Both the position numbers and the translations under genes were made by a program. Shown piece by piece: positions 39,499 to 51,300 of a stretch of 64,000 nucleotides of DNA (the first letter of the stretch is position 1; each line of letters starts with the position of its first letter). The notes under the pieces were generated by a model that saw nothing but the letters and a program-made list of their open reading frames with translations, was not told the origin of the DNA and did not search any database. The stretch comes from Candidatus Woesearchaeota archaeon (GTDB lineage Archaea; Nanobdellota; Nanobdellia; Woesearchaeales; ARS49): contig JAFCDQ010000003.1 of the NCBI GenBank assembly GCA_017609645.1, positions 221,571 through 285,570 on the forward strand. Reading direction: 5' to 3'.

Positions 39499-40095
39499 AT
39501 GTCAGCTTTTGCTATATCAAAATGGTTTATCTGGCCTTTGCTTAGAATTTTTATTAGAAAAATTGACGGTATCAAAAACATTCCTAAAGGCCCTTGTGTT
39601 GTTGTATGCAATCATGCGAGTTTAATTGACGGGGTAATTCTCACATTTTTGTTTGCTTGGCATAAAAAAAGATTAAGGTCTATTCTTACAAAAAAACATT
39701 TCAATAATTGGTTTTGGAATTTAGTATTAGTTAAATGGGGGAAAGCAATAAGAGTTAATGGTTCTGTTCATGAAGCTATCAAAGCATTGAAAAAAGGAGA
39801 TTATATAGTGATTTTTCCAGAAGGTAAAAGAACTTATACAGGCAAAATTGGAAAAGTAAAACATACTGGTTCAGGAATGTTAGCGTTACTGACAAAAAAA
39901 TCAATTCTGCCTGTTGCCATGAATACTTTTAATTGGTGGAACAGACATCATAAATTTCCAAATTTCAAGAGAAATATTAAAATAATTATAGGCAAACCTA
40001 AGAAATATAATTTAAAATCTACAAAAGCTAATGCAAAGAAAGTAACTGACGCTGTCATGAAAGAGGTGAAGAAGTTAAAATGCATGATTTCCTGA
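39499..40095 (+). CDS. plsC: 1-acyl-sn-glycerol-3-phosphate acyltransferase family (PlsC-like)
   Basis: NHASLID (HxxxxD) and FPEGKRT motifs. Confidence 0.85.
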   Translation: MSAFAISKWFIWPLLRIFIRKIDGIKNIPKGPCVVVCNHASLIDGVILTFLFAWHKKRLRSILTKKHFNNWFWNLVLVKWGKAIRVNGSVHEAIKALKKGDYIVIFPEGKRTYTGKIGKVKHTGSGMLALLTKKSILPVAMNTFNWWNRHHKFPNFKRNIKIIIGKPKKYNLKSTKANAKKVTDAVMKEVKKLKCMIS

Positions 40096-41528
40096 ATATT
40101 GAACAATTAACTAGTCTGACTTTTGAAGACATTGAAGCGATGCAGAATATTAAATTTAGGGCAGCTGCGCATCATCTTCTTCCAAGAACTAAATTTTATA
40201 AAGAATTGTTCAAAAAATATAAAGTAGATTTCAAAAAAATTAATGGCGTCGAAGATTGGCTAAAACAAGGTCTTCCTTTAATTAAAAAATCTGTTTATAT
40301 GAAGCGTTTCAAGGATTTTATTGTCAAGCCTGATTTAAATAGTCATTTGAAATATCTTGCAGGTCTTCATCAATTTGGAAAAATTACAAGCACTATCGGG
40401 GATGTTATTAAAAAAAATGCTAAAGAAAATTTAATGCAGTATTATCATCCTAAGATGATTTTGTTTAGTACAGGAACTGAAAGCGGCATGCCAACTCCTG
40501 TGATGATTACTGCTATTCAAAAACAAAAGATTTTGCCAGAGCTTATGAAGATAATTTATCAGATTACTCCTGAATTAAAAACAAAAACCGCTATGAATTT
40601 ATTTCCTTACGGCCCGCATCTTGCTTGGCACAGTACGCATATTGGTTTTGAAGTTGCAGCAGATCTTAATTTATGCACTGCTGCCGGCGGAGCAATGCGG
40701 ACTGAAAATCTTGTAAAATTAGCAAATGACACAAAGCCTAATATTTTTGCAGGTATGTCTTCTTATTTAAGGCAAAGATTTTTGCCAGAATGTAAAAAAC
40801 AAAAGATTAAGCTTCCTGAGAAAGTTATTTTCATTAATGGCGCTTCTAAGATGCTTGAGGCTGAAAGAGATGATATTAATAAAATGGCTAAAAAACTTGG
40901 TGTGAAGAATTGTTTAGTTCTTGATTGTTTTGGCGCTAGTGAATTAAAAGAAGATATTATGCCTGAGTGCATGCCTGGCTCAGGTTTTCATCATATTGCA
41001 CCTTTATCTAATATAATTAAGACAGTTAGTTTCAAAAGAGCTGAAAAAGATTATATTCATGATTGGGAGTTTGCGGATGAAGGTTATGCTGCGAATTGGA
41101 ATATTGATGGGGGAGGTACTTTATTGCAGGGTTATGTTCTTGGTGATAAATTTTCAGGGATTTTAAAGAAAAGATGCCCGCAGTGTTATCTTAACGTTGT
41201 CAGAATAAAAAGTATTGATAGAATCCGTGATGTTGAAGCGCAATTATCACTTTTTGGTTTTGTTGAAGCAAAAGTTAAAGGAACAAGAATTAATCTTTCT
41301 GCTCTTAGAAACAAACTTTTATCTCAAAAAAATATTAAAGAAGTGCAAATCGTCGCTGAAAAAGATAAATTAACAATTTTTATTGTTCCTGAAACAAGCA
41401 GAGTTGCTTTGCAAAAAGTTAAGCAAGTTCTAAAAGCATTAGAAGTTACCCCTCAAATTAAAACAGTTAAAATGAAAAATTTACTGACAGATAAGATAAA
41501 GTTTGAAGGCATCATAATTAAATCTTAA
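40080..41528 (+). CDS. Adenylate-forming CoA ligase, phenylacetate-CoA ligase (PaaK)-like
   Basis: FSTGTESG.P loop, NLFPYGPH, FGASE, LGD; overlaps the plsC 3' end. Confidence 0.72.
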   Translation: MHDFLNIEQLTSLTFEDIEAMQNIKFRAAAHHLLPRTKFYKELFKKYKVDFKKINGVEDWLKQGLPLIKKSVYMKRFKDFIVKPDLNSHLKYLAGLHQFGKITSTIGDVIKKNAKENLMQYYHPKMILFSTGTESGMPTPVMITAIQKQKILPELMKIIYQITPELKTKTAMNLFPYGPHLAWHSTHIGFEVAADLNLCTAAGGAMRTENLVKLANDTKPNIFAGMSSYLRQRFLPECKKQKIKLPEKVIFINGASKMLEAERDDINKMAKKLGVKNCLVLDCFGASELKEDIMPECMPGSGFHHIAPLSNIIKTVSFKRAEKDYIHDWEFADEGYAANWNIDGGGTLLQGYVLGDKFSGILKKRCPQCYLNVVRIKSIDRIRDVEAQLSLFGFVEAKVKGTRINLSALRNKLLSQKNIKEVQIVAEKDKLTIFIVPETSRVALQKVKQVLKALEVTPQIKTVKMKNLLTDKIKFEGIIIKS

Positions 41529-41582
41529 CTTTTCTGAAGTAGTTAACAATGTTTATAAAATAATCTTCTCACTATATTTACT

Positions 41583-42137
41583 ATGGGGTGGAAAGATACT
41601 TTTGACAAGTTGAAATTGCAGTTTATTAATACAAAGAGCGCTTTTCTTGAATTGAACAAAGAAAAAGGCATTACTAATGCGTTCATATTCTTGGTCATTC
41701 TTATCATTGCTTATAAAATCATCAGTTATGCCGCTGTTTATGTTTTATCAGCAGTTTTGAAGTTAAAGTCTTTTCAAGTGCCTGTGTATGATTTCACAGA
41801 TCATTTCATTTCTTTTATTTATATGATTGTAGGCAGTTTCTTGATTGTTTTGCTGCTTCATGCATTTATCAAATGGTTCAAAGGTAAAGCTAATCTCGCC
41901 AGTACTTATAAAATCTTTATTTACAGTATCTGGCCTTATCTGCTATTAAGACCTATTCCTATTGTTGGAAGGCTTGCAGAAGCTCTTTCATTGTTTTTTT
42001 ACATCGTAGGCGTTTGTTATATTCATAAATTAAAGCCTATTCCTGCTTTTTTCACTTTTTTCATTCCTTTAGCTTTAATTGGAGCGCTTATTTTTTATTT
42101 GTCACTCAAATCAATTTATTTGTTTGGAGGAGTCTAA
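41583..42137 (+). CDS. Yip1-like membrane protein
   Basis: About five TM segments; KGKANLASTYKIFIYS..P pattern. Confidence 0.65.
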   Translation: MGWKDTFDKLKLQFINTKSAFLELNKEKGITNAFIFLVILIIAYKIISYAAVYVLSAVLKLKSFQVPVYDFTDHFISFIYMIVGSFLIVLLLHAFIKWFKGKANLASTYKIFIYSIWPYLLLRPIPIVGRLAEALSLFFYIVGVCYIHKLKPIPAFFTFFIPLALIGALIFYLSLKSIYLFGGV

Positions 42138-42548
42138 ATGGGTTTTATAGGAGTTATTTTATCAGGTTTGTTGCTTGCAATCATAGCAACTGCATTCATG
42201 GTATTGCTTAACTCTGGCATAATTCATTTAGTTACTTTGTTTTTAGAATTCAAAAATATTACTTACAAAAAATCTTTTTTCTTTGCGTTTTTCGTCGGTA
42301 TTTTTAATCTTGCATTATCCTTGCTTGTTATTCCGTTCAAGAATTTTGTGCTGATATTGCAAATTATTGGCTTGATTGCTTTTGTTTTCATTAATTATTT
42401 TATTGCTTCAAAGATTTATGAAAAAGAATCAAAAAAACAAAGAATGCTGCTTGTTGCTGTTTTGCTGATATTTTCAATTGCGATTAATTTTTTGATTACT
42501 TTTTTGATTACTATTTTGTTTAAATCTTTAAGGTTTGGTTTGGTTTAA
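42138..42548 (+). CDS. Hypothetical membrane protein (4 TM)
   Basis: Almost entirely hydrophobic; starts immediately after the previous stop. Confidence 0.65.
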   Translation: MGFIGVILSGLLLAIIATAFMVLLNSGIIHLVTLFLEFKNITYKKSFFFAFFVGIFNLALSLLVIPFKNFVLILQIIGLIAFVFINYFIASKIYEKESKKQRMLLVAVLLIFSIAINFLITFLITILFKSLRFGLV

Positions 42549-42564
42549 ATTTCATTTTCTTCTT

Positions 42565-42680
42565 TTTTGCTGCCTTTTCATGAACTTACAACTTTTTTTT
42601 GCTTTCAGCAACAGGGGGTTGCCCCCTTCGGGGATGTTGCTATTCAATTAACTCTGCAATCAAGTGAATTGGCAGCAAAA
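42565..42680. ncRNA. Candidate structured RNA or REP/MITE-like element
   Basis: Outer inverted repeat TTTTGCTGCC/GGCAGCAAAA; inner AGCAACA/TGTTGCT enclosing GGGGGTTGCCCCCTTCGGGGA. Confidence 0.45.
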
Positions 42681-42736
42681 GAAAAAGTTTTTTTGACATC
42701 TTTTTTCCGTCGATTTCTTTATAAAGAAAAAAAACC

Positions 42737-42750
42737 AAAACATTTATAAA
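42737..42750 (+). promoter_or_regulatory. BRE/TATA promoter of the giant-protein operon
   Basis: AAAACA-TTTATAAA; G-rich RBS before ATG 42796. Confidence 0.6.
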
Positions 42751-42795
42751 TGATAATTAGTTTTATTCCTTAAGCATTTAAAAAAGGGGGATTAG

Positions 42796-45333
42796 ATGAA
42801 ATACACTAATTTAGTGATAATTTTAGTTGCGTTAGGTTTCTTATTTTCCTGTGTCAGCGCTCCAACAAGCCTTGTAAGTTATGATGAATATGAAGAAATT
42901 TTAAAGTATAATGAATCAATTTCTAATGAAGATTTTATTGAAGCAGATGAACCTTATGTTCCTTCTTTTGAAACAGAAGAAGCAAATGATCCTTTTAGAA
43001 CAGCCGCTACAGTTGCTGTTAATGATTGTTTTAAAGCTTCAGCAGTTGGAGCAGCAGGTGATGAATTTATTTTACAAAATAGTGTGATTTTTGCAGGAAC
43101 AGGTGATTGTGTTATTCTTGACTTACATGACATTATTTTTGATTGTGATGGATATACTATTCTTGGAAATCCAGGAGTGTCGGATGATGGAATTTATGTG
43201 AATAATAAGTTTAATGTTACTATTCAAAACTGCACTATTGAAGATTTTGCAAATACTAACGATACAGGCGGCGGTGTCTATGATTTTTCTTATGGAATTG
43301 TTGTTGGAAGAGCTGCGGGAAACGTAACTATTTTGAATACTGTTATTAGCGGCATTGATCCCCCTAATCCTCCAGGCATAACTGGAGCTGGCGGAGGAGG
43401 GGTCAGGTTTAATTCTCAATGGTCCTGTTTTCCTGCTTATTTGAATATAACAAATCTTACTGTTGTTACTAGTAACAATGGCGTTAGAATTGGTTCTCAA
43501 ACTCTTGCTTGTCCTGGTCCTGTTCCTGGTTTTATTCAAGGCCCTTTCTGGACTCGTGATAGTAATTTTTCTGGAAATACTTATTTTCAATATGTTGCTT
43601 ATAATACAGAAGGAAATCATATTATTGATAATACTGTTTTCCGTGCTGGAGAAGATAGGTCTGTTCAGATTACAGGTAATCGCAGTCTTTTTGCTACAAA
43701 TGGCCATATGATAGAAAATATTTCAATTACAAATTGCACTTTTTTTGAAGGTTTTAATCGTTCTGATATTTTTATTGAAAGAGCTTACAATGTTTCTATT
43801 GTGAATAATTCTATTTACAAGAATATTTTCATTACTAATGCCACAAATATCTCAATTGTCAACAATACTTTCACTGAGAATGATACTGCTAATAGAAGTT
43901 ATAACAGCATTTATGTTAATATTATTGAAAATCTTACAATTCTTAAAAATCTTAACGTGCCTGAAATGTTTGATTTAAATGATTTAACAAGGGCATTTAT
44001 CAGACATAATACTTTTACAAATAATGGTTTAATCAGAATTCAAGAATCTGTTGCAGGCACTAACGCTAATGTTGTTATTGAAAATAATAATTTTTCTGAT
44101 ATGAGTATTCAAGGCCAGACAGCAGGAGGCATATCTTATTCTGGAGGCAATGCCAATATCAGCTTTAATAATTTTCTTAGAGGTATTATGTATTCTATTG
44201 AAATTGTTGGTGCCGGAAATAGGATTGTAGGAAATCAAATTAATGATACAAGAGGCATTGTTTTCAAAGTTAAAGGAGATACTAATCAGTTCATTAATAA
44301 TTCTGTTTATAATCATACTGGCACTGTTTTTTGGATTAACGGAACAAGCAATATATTTTTCAGAAATGATTTGGTTTTTATATTGAAATATGTGAACACT
44401 TCTTTGAATTATGATGCAAAAGGTCCTTTTTCTCAAGTTCCTGAAGGCAGTATTGGTTTCTTGTTATTAAGAAATATTAATACCAATATAACCCGCAACA
44501 CAATAGGAATTCTCAATCCTTTGGCTTTGATTAATGGAGTTTTTGGCATTAAAACAGCCAATACTACTAAAGGAGTTTTAGCAAATCTCGCAGTATTAAC
44601 TCAAAATATTTTGATTGTCAATAATACTTTTGGCTTAGCAAGTGTTTCAGATTTTGGCCCTAAAACTGCCATTGATTTAACTAGTTCGTTTAATGGCATA
44701 ATTGAAAACAATACTGTGCGTAATTGTGAACATGAAGGTATTGTGATTAATGCAGGCCAGGATAATAATTTAACTACTAATAACATCACCCAACTTAACT
44801 GGAATCGTGTTCCGTATTATGCTGAAAATGCTGTTAAGATTTTCAGGTCATTCAATAACAGGTTAACGAATAACACAATAATTAATTATGACACTGGAAT
44901 TTTTTGTTATAATTCTACATTTGATACTTTTAAAAATAATGATATTAATTTCAGTTCAAGGCAGGGAATTTTCTCATTTCAATGTTTGAATACAACTTTA
45001 TCTTCTAATGTGATTTTTAATGCAACATCTGGAATTAAGCTGTTTTTCAGTAATTTAACTTCTTTGATTAGAAATACTGTTAATCAAACAAAAATTGGTT
45101 TTGATTTTAATTATGCATTCAATAATACTGCAAGTAATAACATTCAGGAAAATTCTACTATTGGTTTGAATCTTGACTTATTTAGCGGGAATAATACTTT
45201 CAATAATAATGATTTTACTAAAAATACTGATGTCGATGTGTTGTATGATATGTTTGCTAAGACTAACACAGGAGCAGGTAATAATTACGCAACAAGCAGG
45301 TCAGAGAATTATGCTTCAGGAAATTTAATATAA
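42796..45333 (+). CDS. Secreted or lipid-anchored long beta-helix (NosD/pectin-lyase-like) protein
   Basis: Signal ending LFSC; about 750 aa of Asn/Ile/Thr beta-helix repeats with many sequons; no C-terminal TM. Confidence 0.82.
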   Translation: MKYTNLVIILVALGFLFSCVSAPTSLVSYDEYEEILKYNESISNEDFIEADEPYVPSFETEEANDPFRTAATVAVNDCFKASAVGAAGDEFILQNSVIFAGTGDCVILDLHDIIFDCDGYTILGNPGVSDDGIYVNNKFNVTIQNCTIEDFANTNDTGGGVYDFSYGIVVGRAAGNVTILNTVISGIDPPNPPGITGAGGGGVRFNSQWSCFPAYLNITNLTVVTSNNGVRIGSQTLACPGPVPGFIQGPFWTRDSNFSGNTYFQYVAYNTEGNHIIDNTVFRAGEDRSVQITGNRSLFATNGHMIENISITNCTFFEGFNRSDIFIERAYNVSIVNNSIYKNIFITNATNISIVNNTFTENDTANRSYNSIYVNIIENLTILKNLNVPEMFDLNDLTRAFIRHNTFTNNGLIRIQESVAGTNANVVIENNNFSDMSIQGQTAGGISYSGGNANISFNNFLRGIMYSIEIVGAGNRIVGNQINDTRGIVFKVKGDTNQFINNSVYNHTGTVFWINGTSNIFFRNDLVFILKYVNTSLNYDAKGPFSQVPEGSIGFLLLRNINTNITRNTIGILNPLALINGVFGIKTANTTKGVLANLAVLTQNILIVNNTFGLASVSDFGPKTAIDLTSSFNGIIENNTVRNCEHEGIVINAGQDNNLTTNNITQLNWNRVPYYAENAVKIFRSFNNRLTNNTIINYDTGIFCYNSTFDTFKNNDINFSSRQGIFSFQCLNTTLSSNVIFNATSGIKLFFSNLTSLIRNTVNQTKIGFDFNYAFNNTASNNIQENSTIGLNLDLFSGNNTFNNNDFTKNTDVDVLYDMFAKTNTGAGNNYATSRSENYASGNLI

Positions 45334-48300
45334 ATGACAAAAATATTTAAAAAAGGGGGGTTATTGTTTTTCTTCTTATTACTCACAGCCATCTCTGTCT
45401 CTGCAATTACAGATACTGTGTTTAGTGATATTGATGGAGATGGTGATCTTGATATTTATTTAGAAACAGTAATTGAAAATAATGCAGGTGTTTTTTATAA
45501 TAGAACAAATGCTAGCGGCATTCCTTTGTTTAATGATTTAATTAAAGGCCATTTTGTTGATTTTAACGGAGATGGCAGGGAAGATTTGTATATTGTTCGT
45601 GACAACGCTGTTAATCAGCTTTATTTGAGAAATGCTTCTGTTAGTAATTGGAATTTTACAAATTATACTAATTCAGTTATTGGCCAAAGATTAAGAGGAA
45701 AAGCAGGAAGTCCTGTTGCTGCTGTTTTTGCTGACTTCACTAATGATGGTAATATTGATGCTTTTGTTAATGGAGAATTATGGCTTACAACTACTACTAA
45801 TTTTGATTTTAATGCCACAAACAGGTCTAATGTTGATGAAATGCCTAATTTAGTTTGGGTTAAAGCTAAAGATGTTAATTTAGATAATCTAACCGATATT
45901 ATTGGAACAACGGCAATTGGAAAAATGGTTGTTTATTTAAGCTTAGGAGATACAAATAATGATGAGGCTCCTGAATTTTATCCTGCAGAAGTTGATATAG
46001 GTTTGAGTTTTGAACAAAATATTTCATTTGTTGAAGTTGGAAATATTGAAACAGGTCTTGCTTATAACAGCAGTTTGAATTATTATCCGTTTGTGAACGA
46101 TACTCCTCCTTTTGTTCTTGATAAGTTCGAGGATTTTTATTTAGTTAAAGAAAATGAAACAAATGTTCTTTATACACAGCTTTGGCCTCAGCTTCCTGAA
46201 AAGTTTTCTACAATTAACACAAGTGATTTTTATCTTCCTCAATTATTTAATTTGCGACCAACTAGTGTTAATGATTCTAGGAATGGAAGTATGGCGATTA
46301 TGGCTGATTTTGACAATAACACTTTTGTGGATATCTTAGTTGCTAATCATGATAATGAAAGTTTGATTATGTTAAGAAATGGTTCTAGTTGGTCACAGGA
46401 ATTTGTTGATAGCCAAGCTAGATTCAACACAACTACAAATATCAAACTTATTGAAACTGTTGATTTGAATAATGATGGTGAACTTGATTTTGCAATTATT
46501 GATCCGCAAGAAATTAGTTTGCAACAACTTCCTGTTTCTGGTTCTAGTGATGTGAGTATTCCTGCTGGTGAACCCTGCACTCTTGATCCCTTGAATACTT
46601 TTGGTGATACAGAAGTAGAAGATTTTACTGAAATGGAAGAATTTGCTGAAGGAGCAGCAATTCCAAGTCTTACTTTTGAAGAAGAAACAGCACCTTTGAC
46701 TTCAGGTTATCCTGAGGTAAATATTAATTTTCCAACTCATGAAGAATTTTCAGCTAATCCTCCTGCTCTTGCAGAAATAGAAGGAGATTCTATTGGTTAT
46801 GTTACTGAGCAAGAAGATGGAACTTGTACTGAAACAATTGATGGTGGAGAATATGATGTTGACGCAGGAACTAAAGAATTAAACGATGGTGAAATTAATA
46901 AAGAACCTAGTCCGCCTCCTCCTGTTGTTGTTGGCCCTCCTACTATAGGAGGCCCTGGTGGTAGAATTAACGTTATTCAATTCAAAATAATTTGTTGTGA
47001 CCCTAAGACAGGAACTTTTGAAGAGTTTATGCTAACTCAAGAATTTAAAGAAGTTTTAGGAAGTGTTTTTACTGGCATCCAACCGCCTGCTGAAATGCCT
47101 TTGCCGCCTGGCGGAATTTTGCTTGAAGCACAGCAAAGTTTTGGTGATAATTGTGTCCAAGTTGGCGAGAATTATGTGTTGCAAGGACAAGGCGGTCCTA
47201 GTATTGAGAATTGGATGTCTGCTCAGCTTGCTTGTATGCCTAAGATAACTGAAAGAGAACCTCCTGAATTTTTTGATGAAATTCCTGGAGATTTTGAAGA
47301 TGAAGAAGTTCGTAAGCCCAAGCCAAGAATCACAAGAACTGGCTTAGAATGTATTTGCCCTCCTGAAATAACATATTGTGATGACGATATTTGCGGCGAT
47401 ATTAATTCTTTTTGTACTGGTGAACAAATTAGTGTTGGTCCTTGTGGGGGTTGTGGCGTCAAGCCGGCTGCTCAAGTTACAAAGATTTTGAGAGATATTA
47501 TTTTGCCTCAGCAAGCTACTTTTGATGCAGAGCATTTGAAATGGGAACCTCCTAGTGATAAGATTGGTCCTATTAAACCAAAAACAAAACCTCCTGTTCC
47601 AGAAGCTCCTACTAAGATGAGCACTACTCCTAAACCTCCTAATTTAATGATTGAAGAAGTTTTTGTTTGGAAAATTTCATATCCTGAAGAAGAACCTATC
47701 GCTGCGGTTGCTGCTGAGACTGCTTTAACTGCTGATTCCATTTCTGTTGAAATGAGTGAGTTAGCAGAAGATATTATTTCGCCAGAAGTAGCTGTTACAG
47801 AAGTTAGTGCTGTTAGTATTACTGGCGCCGCTATTTCTGATATTGTGCAAGAAGAAAGAACAATTGTAAATGAAGTTACTGATATTGAAATCAGTCCAAT
47901 TTTATTTGAAAAAGAAAACTTAGTTGTTGTTGATAATACTCCTCTTGATTTAAGGGTGTTTATGCCTAGTGAAGAAGATGAACTTAATGATTTGATTGAT
48001 CTTGTTACTGTTGATGAAGCGGATTTGTTAAGTGATAAAGATCTTGAACAAGTTAAGTCTGAATTAAGAAAATTAGGTATGGAATTATTGCATGAGCAAA
48101 ATGATTTGCATTCTGTTAGTTTGATTTGTTTAACAGAGTTAAAAACTAAACTTGATGATGTTTCTGAGAAAGAAGGTTTGATTCCTCCTGGTAAGGCAGA
48201 TGCTGCTATTAATGATATTTCTGATGTTCTTGTTAACAGCGCATCTAGTTTAGATATTGCTAATTCTAAAGATAAATTAACTGCAAGTATTGGTGTTGTT

Positions 48301-51300
48301 GAGAATTATGTTAATGAAGTCAAGCCATATAATGATCTGAAAGATACTTTGAACAGCTTTAAGGCAAAATCCGAACTTTCTGGGCAGTTTAATTATGATT
48401 CTTTTATGAAATTAAGTGAAATTAAAGAATTAACAAATGATTTGTATGATGAAGATTTGAATAATGATTTAGAAAAGTTAAATGATTTGATTTTTGCTAA
48501 CAAAGTTGATGATGCTAAAGGATCGTTGAAAAAGTTTGCTGAAAAGTATGAAGATGTTTTGTTAAATCATTACAGCAAAAAGATTGATAGTTCAATTGCT
48601 GACTTTAAAGATGCAGTTGCTTTTGCTGATTATGAACAGCTTATTTCAGCATCTAGTGCTATTAGTGATTTTGTTGATAAGAATCAAGGCAATAATAAGA
48701 TTGCTAGATTATTGCAGGGTATCGAAAGCGATATGTTGAACAAAAATGATATTAGCAATAAATTAGTTAGTTTAAGCGAGCTTATTTCTTCTGATGCTAC
48801 GGAGATTCCTGAACTTAATGACGGCTTGATGAGGTTAGGTGAAAAGCTAAATGATAATGATATTCAAGGCGTTCTTGATGAAGTTTCTGGAATGAAAAAG
48901 CAGGCCAAGAATTCTTGTTTTATTAGTGACGGCCAGCCAATTGTTTATGAGTATTTCACCCAGGATTTCGAGTTAGCAAATAAGCAGATTCAGGAAAAGA
49001 TGAAAAAAGCTAGTGAGACTGTTTCTGAGTTATATACAATTGTTGCCAAGCTAATGGGCCAGGTTGATGATGAAGATGAGGATTATGATTTATCAGATCT
49101 TAAGTTCGAGATGTATGACAAAATCAAAGAAAGCAGTTCATTCTTCTTTTTCAAGAATCAGTATTTTGAAGATTTGAAGTTATTGTTCAAGTTATCTCCT
49201 GTTTATTCTTATATGAAAGATTTGAGAACTGCTATTTTTTCAGTTTCTGAAGAACTTAATAGTTTAGATGTTGTTAAGCCAGAGCAGATTGATTATTATA
49301 ATGACCGGCTTGATAAGATCATGGCAGGCATTAATTCTTTGCGTGCTGTTTTGTTAAGCCAGTCTGGTAAAAATATTGATTTAGCTTTATCTCCTTATTT
49401 CACAGGAGCTATTGATGAAGGAACTCTTGATGTCAGAGTGTCTGACAGAGCTCATGCATTGACTGCTGAGATCATGGATAAAGTTGATAATGATGTTCCT
49501 GTTAGTGATGCAGCTCGTGCTGCAAATATTCTTGCTGAAACTTTTGAAAAAGAAATTCCTGAAGTTAAAGATTTAACAGAGCCTTCTTTTGAAAAGTATG
49601 AAGAAAAAGAGAAAATTGCTGAAGCTAAAGATTTGCTTGAGAAAGAGTTGAAACAAGATGAGTTTAGTAAAGAACAAGCAAAGATTGCTGATATTAAGAA
49701 AGAGATTTTTGCAAAGACAGAAGAGAGGAAGTTAGCTGATGAGTTAGCTGCTGTTTCTGATAAAATTACAGACGTTAGTGTTAAAGAAACGCTTGCTGAA
49801 GAAGTTGCTGAAGAAGAAAAGGCAGAGGAAGAAAAAGCTGAGCCAGAAGAAAAGAAGAAAAAGAAAGAAGAAGAGAAATTTAGTAAAGAAGAAAAGCTTG
49901 CTATGGAGAAATTCTATAACAAAGGTATGTATGCGTTTAAGAATGAAGATTATAAAGATGCGATTAAGAATTTTGGAGAGTATTTGCGGATTAATCCTTT
50001 GAATGCAGATGTGTTATGGCATACTGCTGATTCTTTGAAAAATGTTGAAGAGAATTATTTAAGCACAAAAACTGCTGAAGCTGTTGAGAAAGTTAAGGAT
50101 TGGAAAGAGTTTGTTCAAACTTTAGAAGAAATCGAAGGAACTCCTGAAGAAAAGGTTTCTAAGTTTGTTTCAGAAGTTCAGGAAAAGGTTGAAGCTCCTT
50201 CGTCTAGGTTTATTGAGCCTGCTGCTTATGTTTTGCTTGACATGACTGACTGCTTTACAGAACCTTTGCAGGAGTTTGTTGTTGAAGGTAAGATTTACAA
50301 TTTCTATGGTGTTAAAGAAGAAGTTGATGAACAAGGAGCAGTGAAATACTTTATTGAAGCTACTCCTAATGATAAAATTGAGACTGTTACATTCGAGATT
50401 CCTGAATTGATTAGTACTTTGAAAGAGCAGATTGGTTTTTGTAAAGTTGATGAAACAGAAGAAGAAAAGAAACCTCCTAAACCTACGCCGACAAATGATG
50501 ATTTTGCTCAGGCTTTGGCTAATGATCAAGCTAGGAAGTCTACTTCTCCAGATGGAGAAGAACAAGTTTGTATGGAAGTTGAATCTGATGTTTCTGCTTT
50601 GTCTAGTGTGATTGATGTTCAAAAAACTACAGCAGAAGTTTGCGCTCCTTATGATGATGTTGCTGCATTAAGTGACTTTAAAGAACCTGACAAAGAGATT
50701 AAACTATTTGAAGAGATGAAATTCCCAACTCTTGAGCCTGACTTTGAATTATTAAAACAAAGTAATGTTCGTGAGAATTTGTATGATATTTATAGAATAA
50801 CTCAGGTGCTAAATATTGTTGGTGATTATCAGCTTGATTCTGGCGAGAGTAAGTTGTTTGTTCTTGGTGATAATCTCTTTGAAACTGTGAAAGTTAGGAG
50901 AAAAGTTAGCAGAAAATTCCTTAATACCTTAGAAAAAATGGATTATACACCTCCTCCTAAATGTTCTTTCAAAGGAGGATCAGCAACTTGCACTCAATTT
51001 GATCAATGCGTTGTTATTAAAGGCAAATTAACTTGCTCTAAAAGTTTTTCAGAAAAAGATTGTACAGAAGTTGAAGGGAAATGGATTTGTGAAGGTTATA
51101 ATGAATGCAAAAAAGAAGGTGAAGAAATAATTTGTGAGCAAAGACTAAAAGAAGACTGCATTTTTGGCAGAGATGCGGAAGGTAATATTGTTGTCGAACA
51201 GTGCGAAGGTTTTGAAGAAGGTGAATGTAAGATTAATGATGAAAGTGAAATTGAATGTGAATCTTCAAGTGTAGAAATTCCTAGTGATTGTGAAAGAGTA

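Noticed and set aside
42595-42650. Hammerhead ribozyme on the minus strand (stem followed by GAAA)
   Set aside because: The CUGANGA core is absent on the 5' side of the stem
42567-42749. 60-aa ORF in the track
   Set aside because: TTG start inside a poly-T run, coincides with the inverted-repeat element, no protein-like features
43123-44789. Long antisense ORFs (194, 135 and 62 aa) within the beta-helix gene
   Set aside because: Asn/Ile/Thr-rich coding leaves few stops on the opposite strand; no RBS or recognisable motifs
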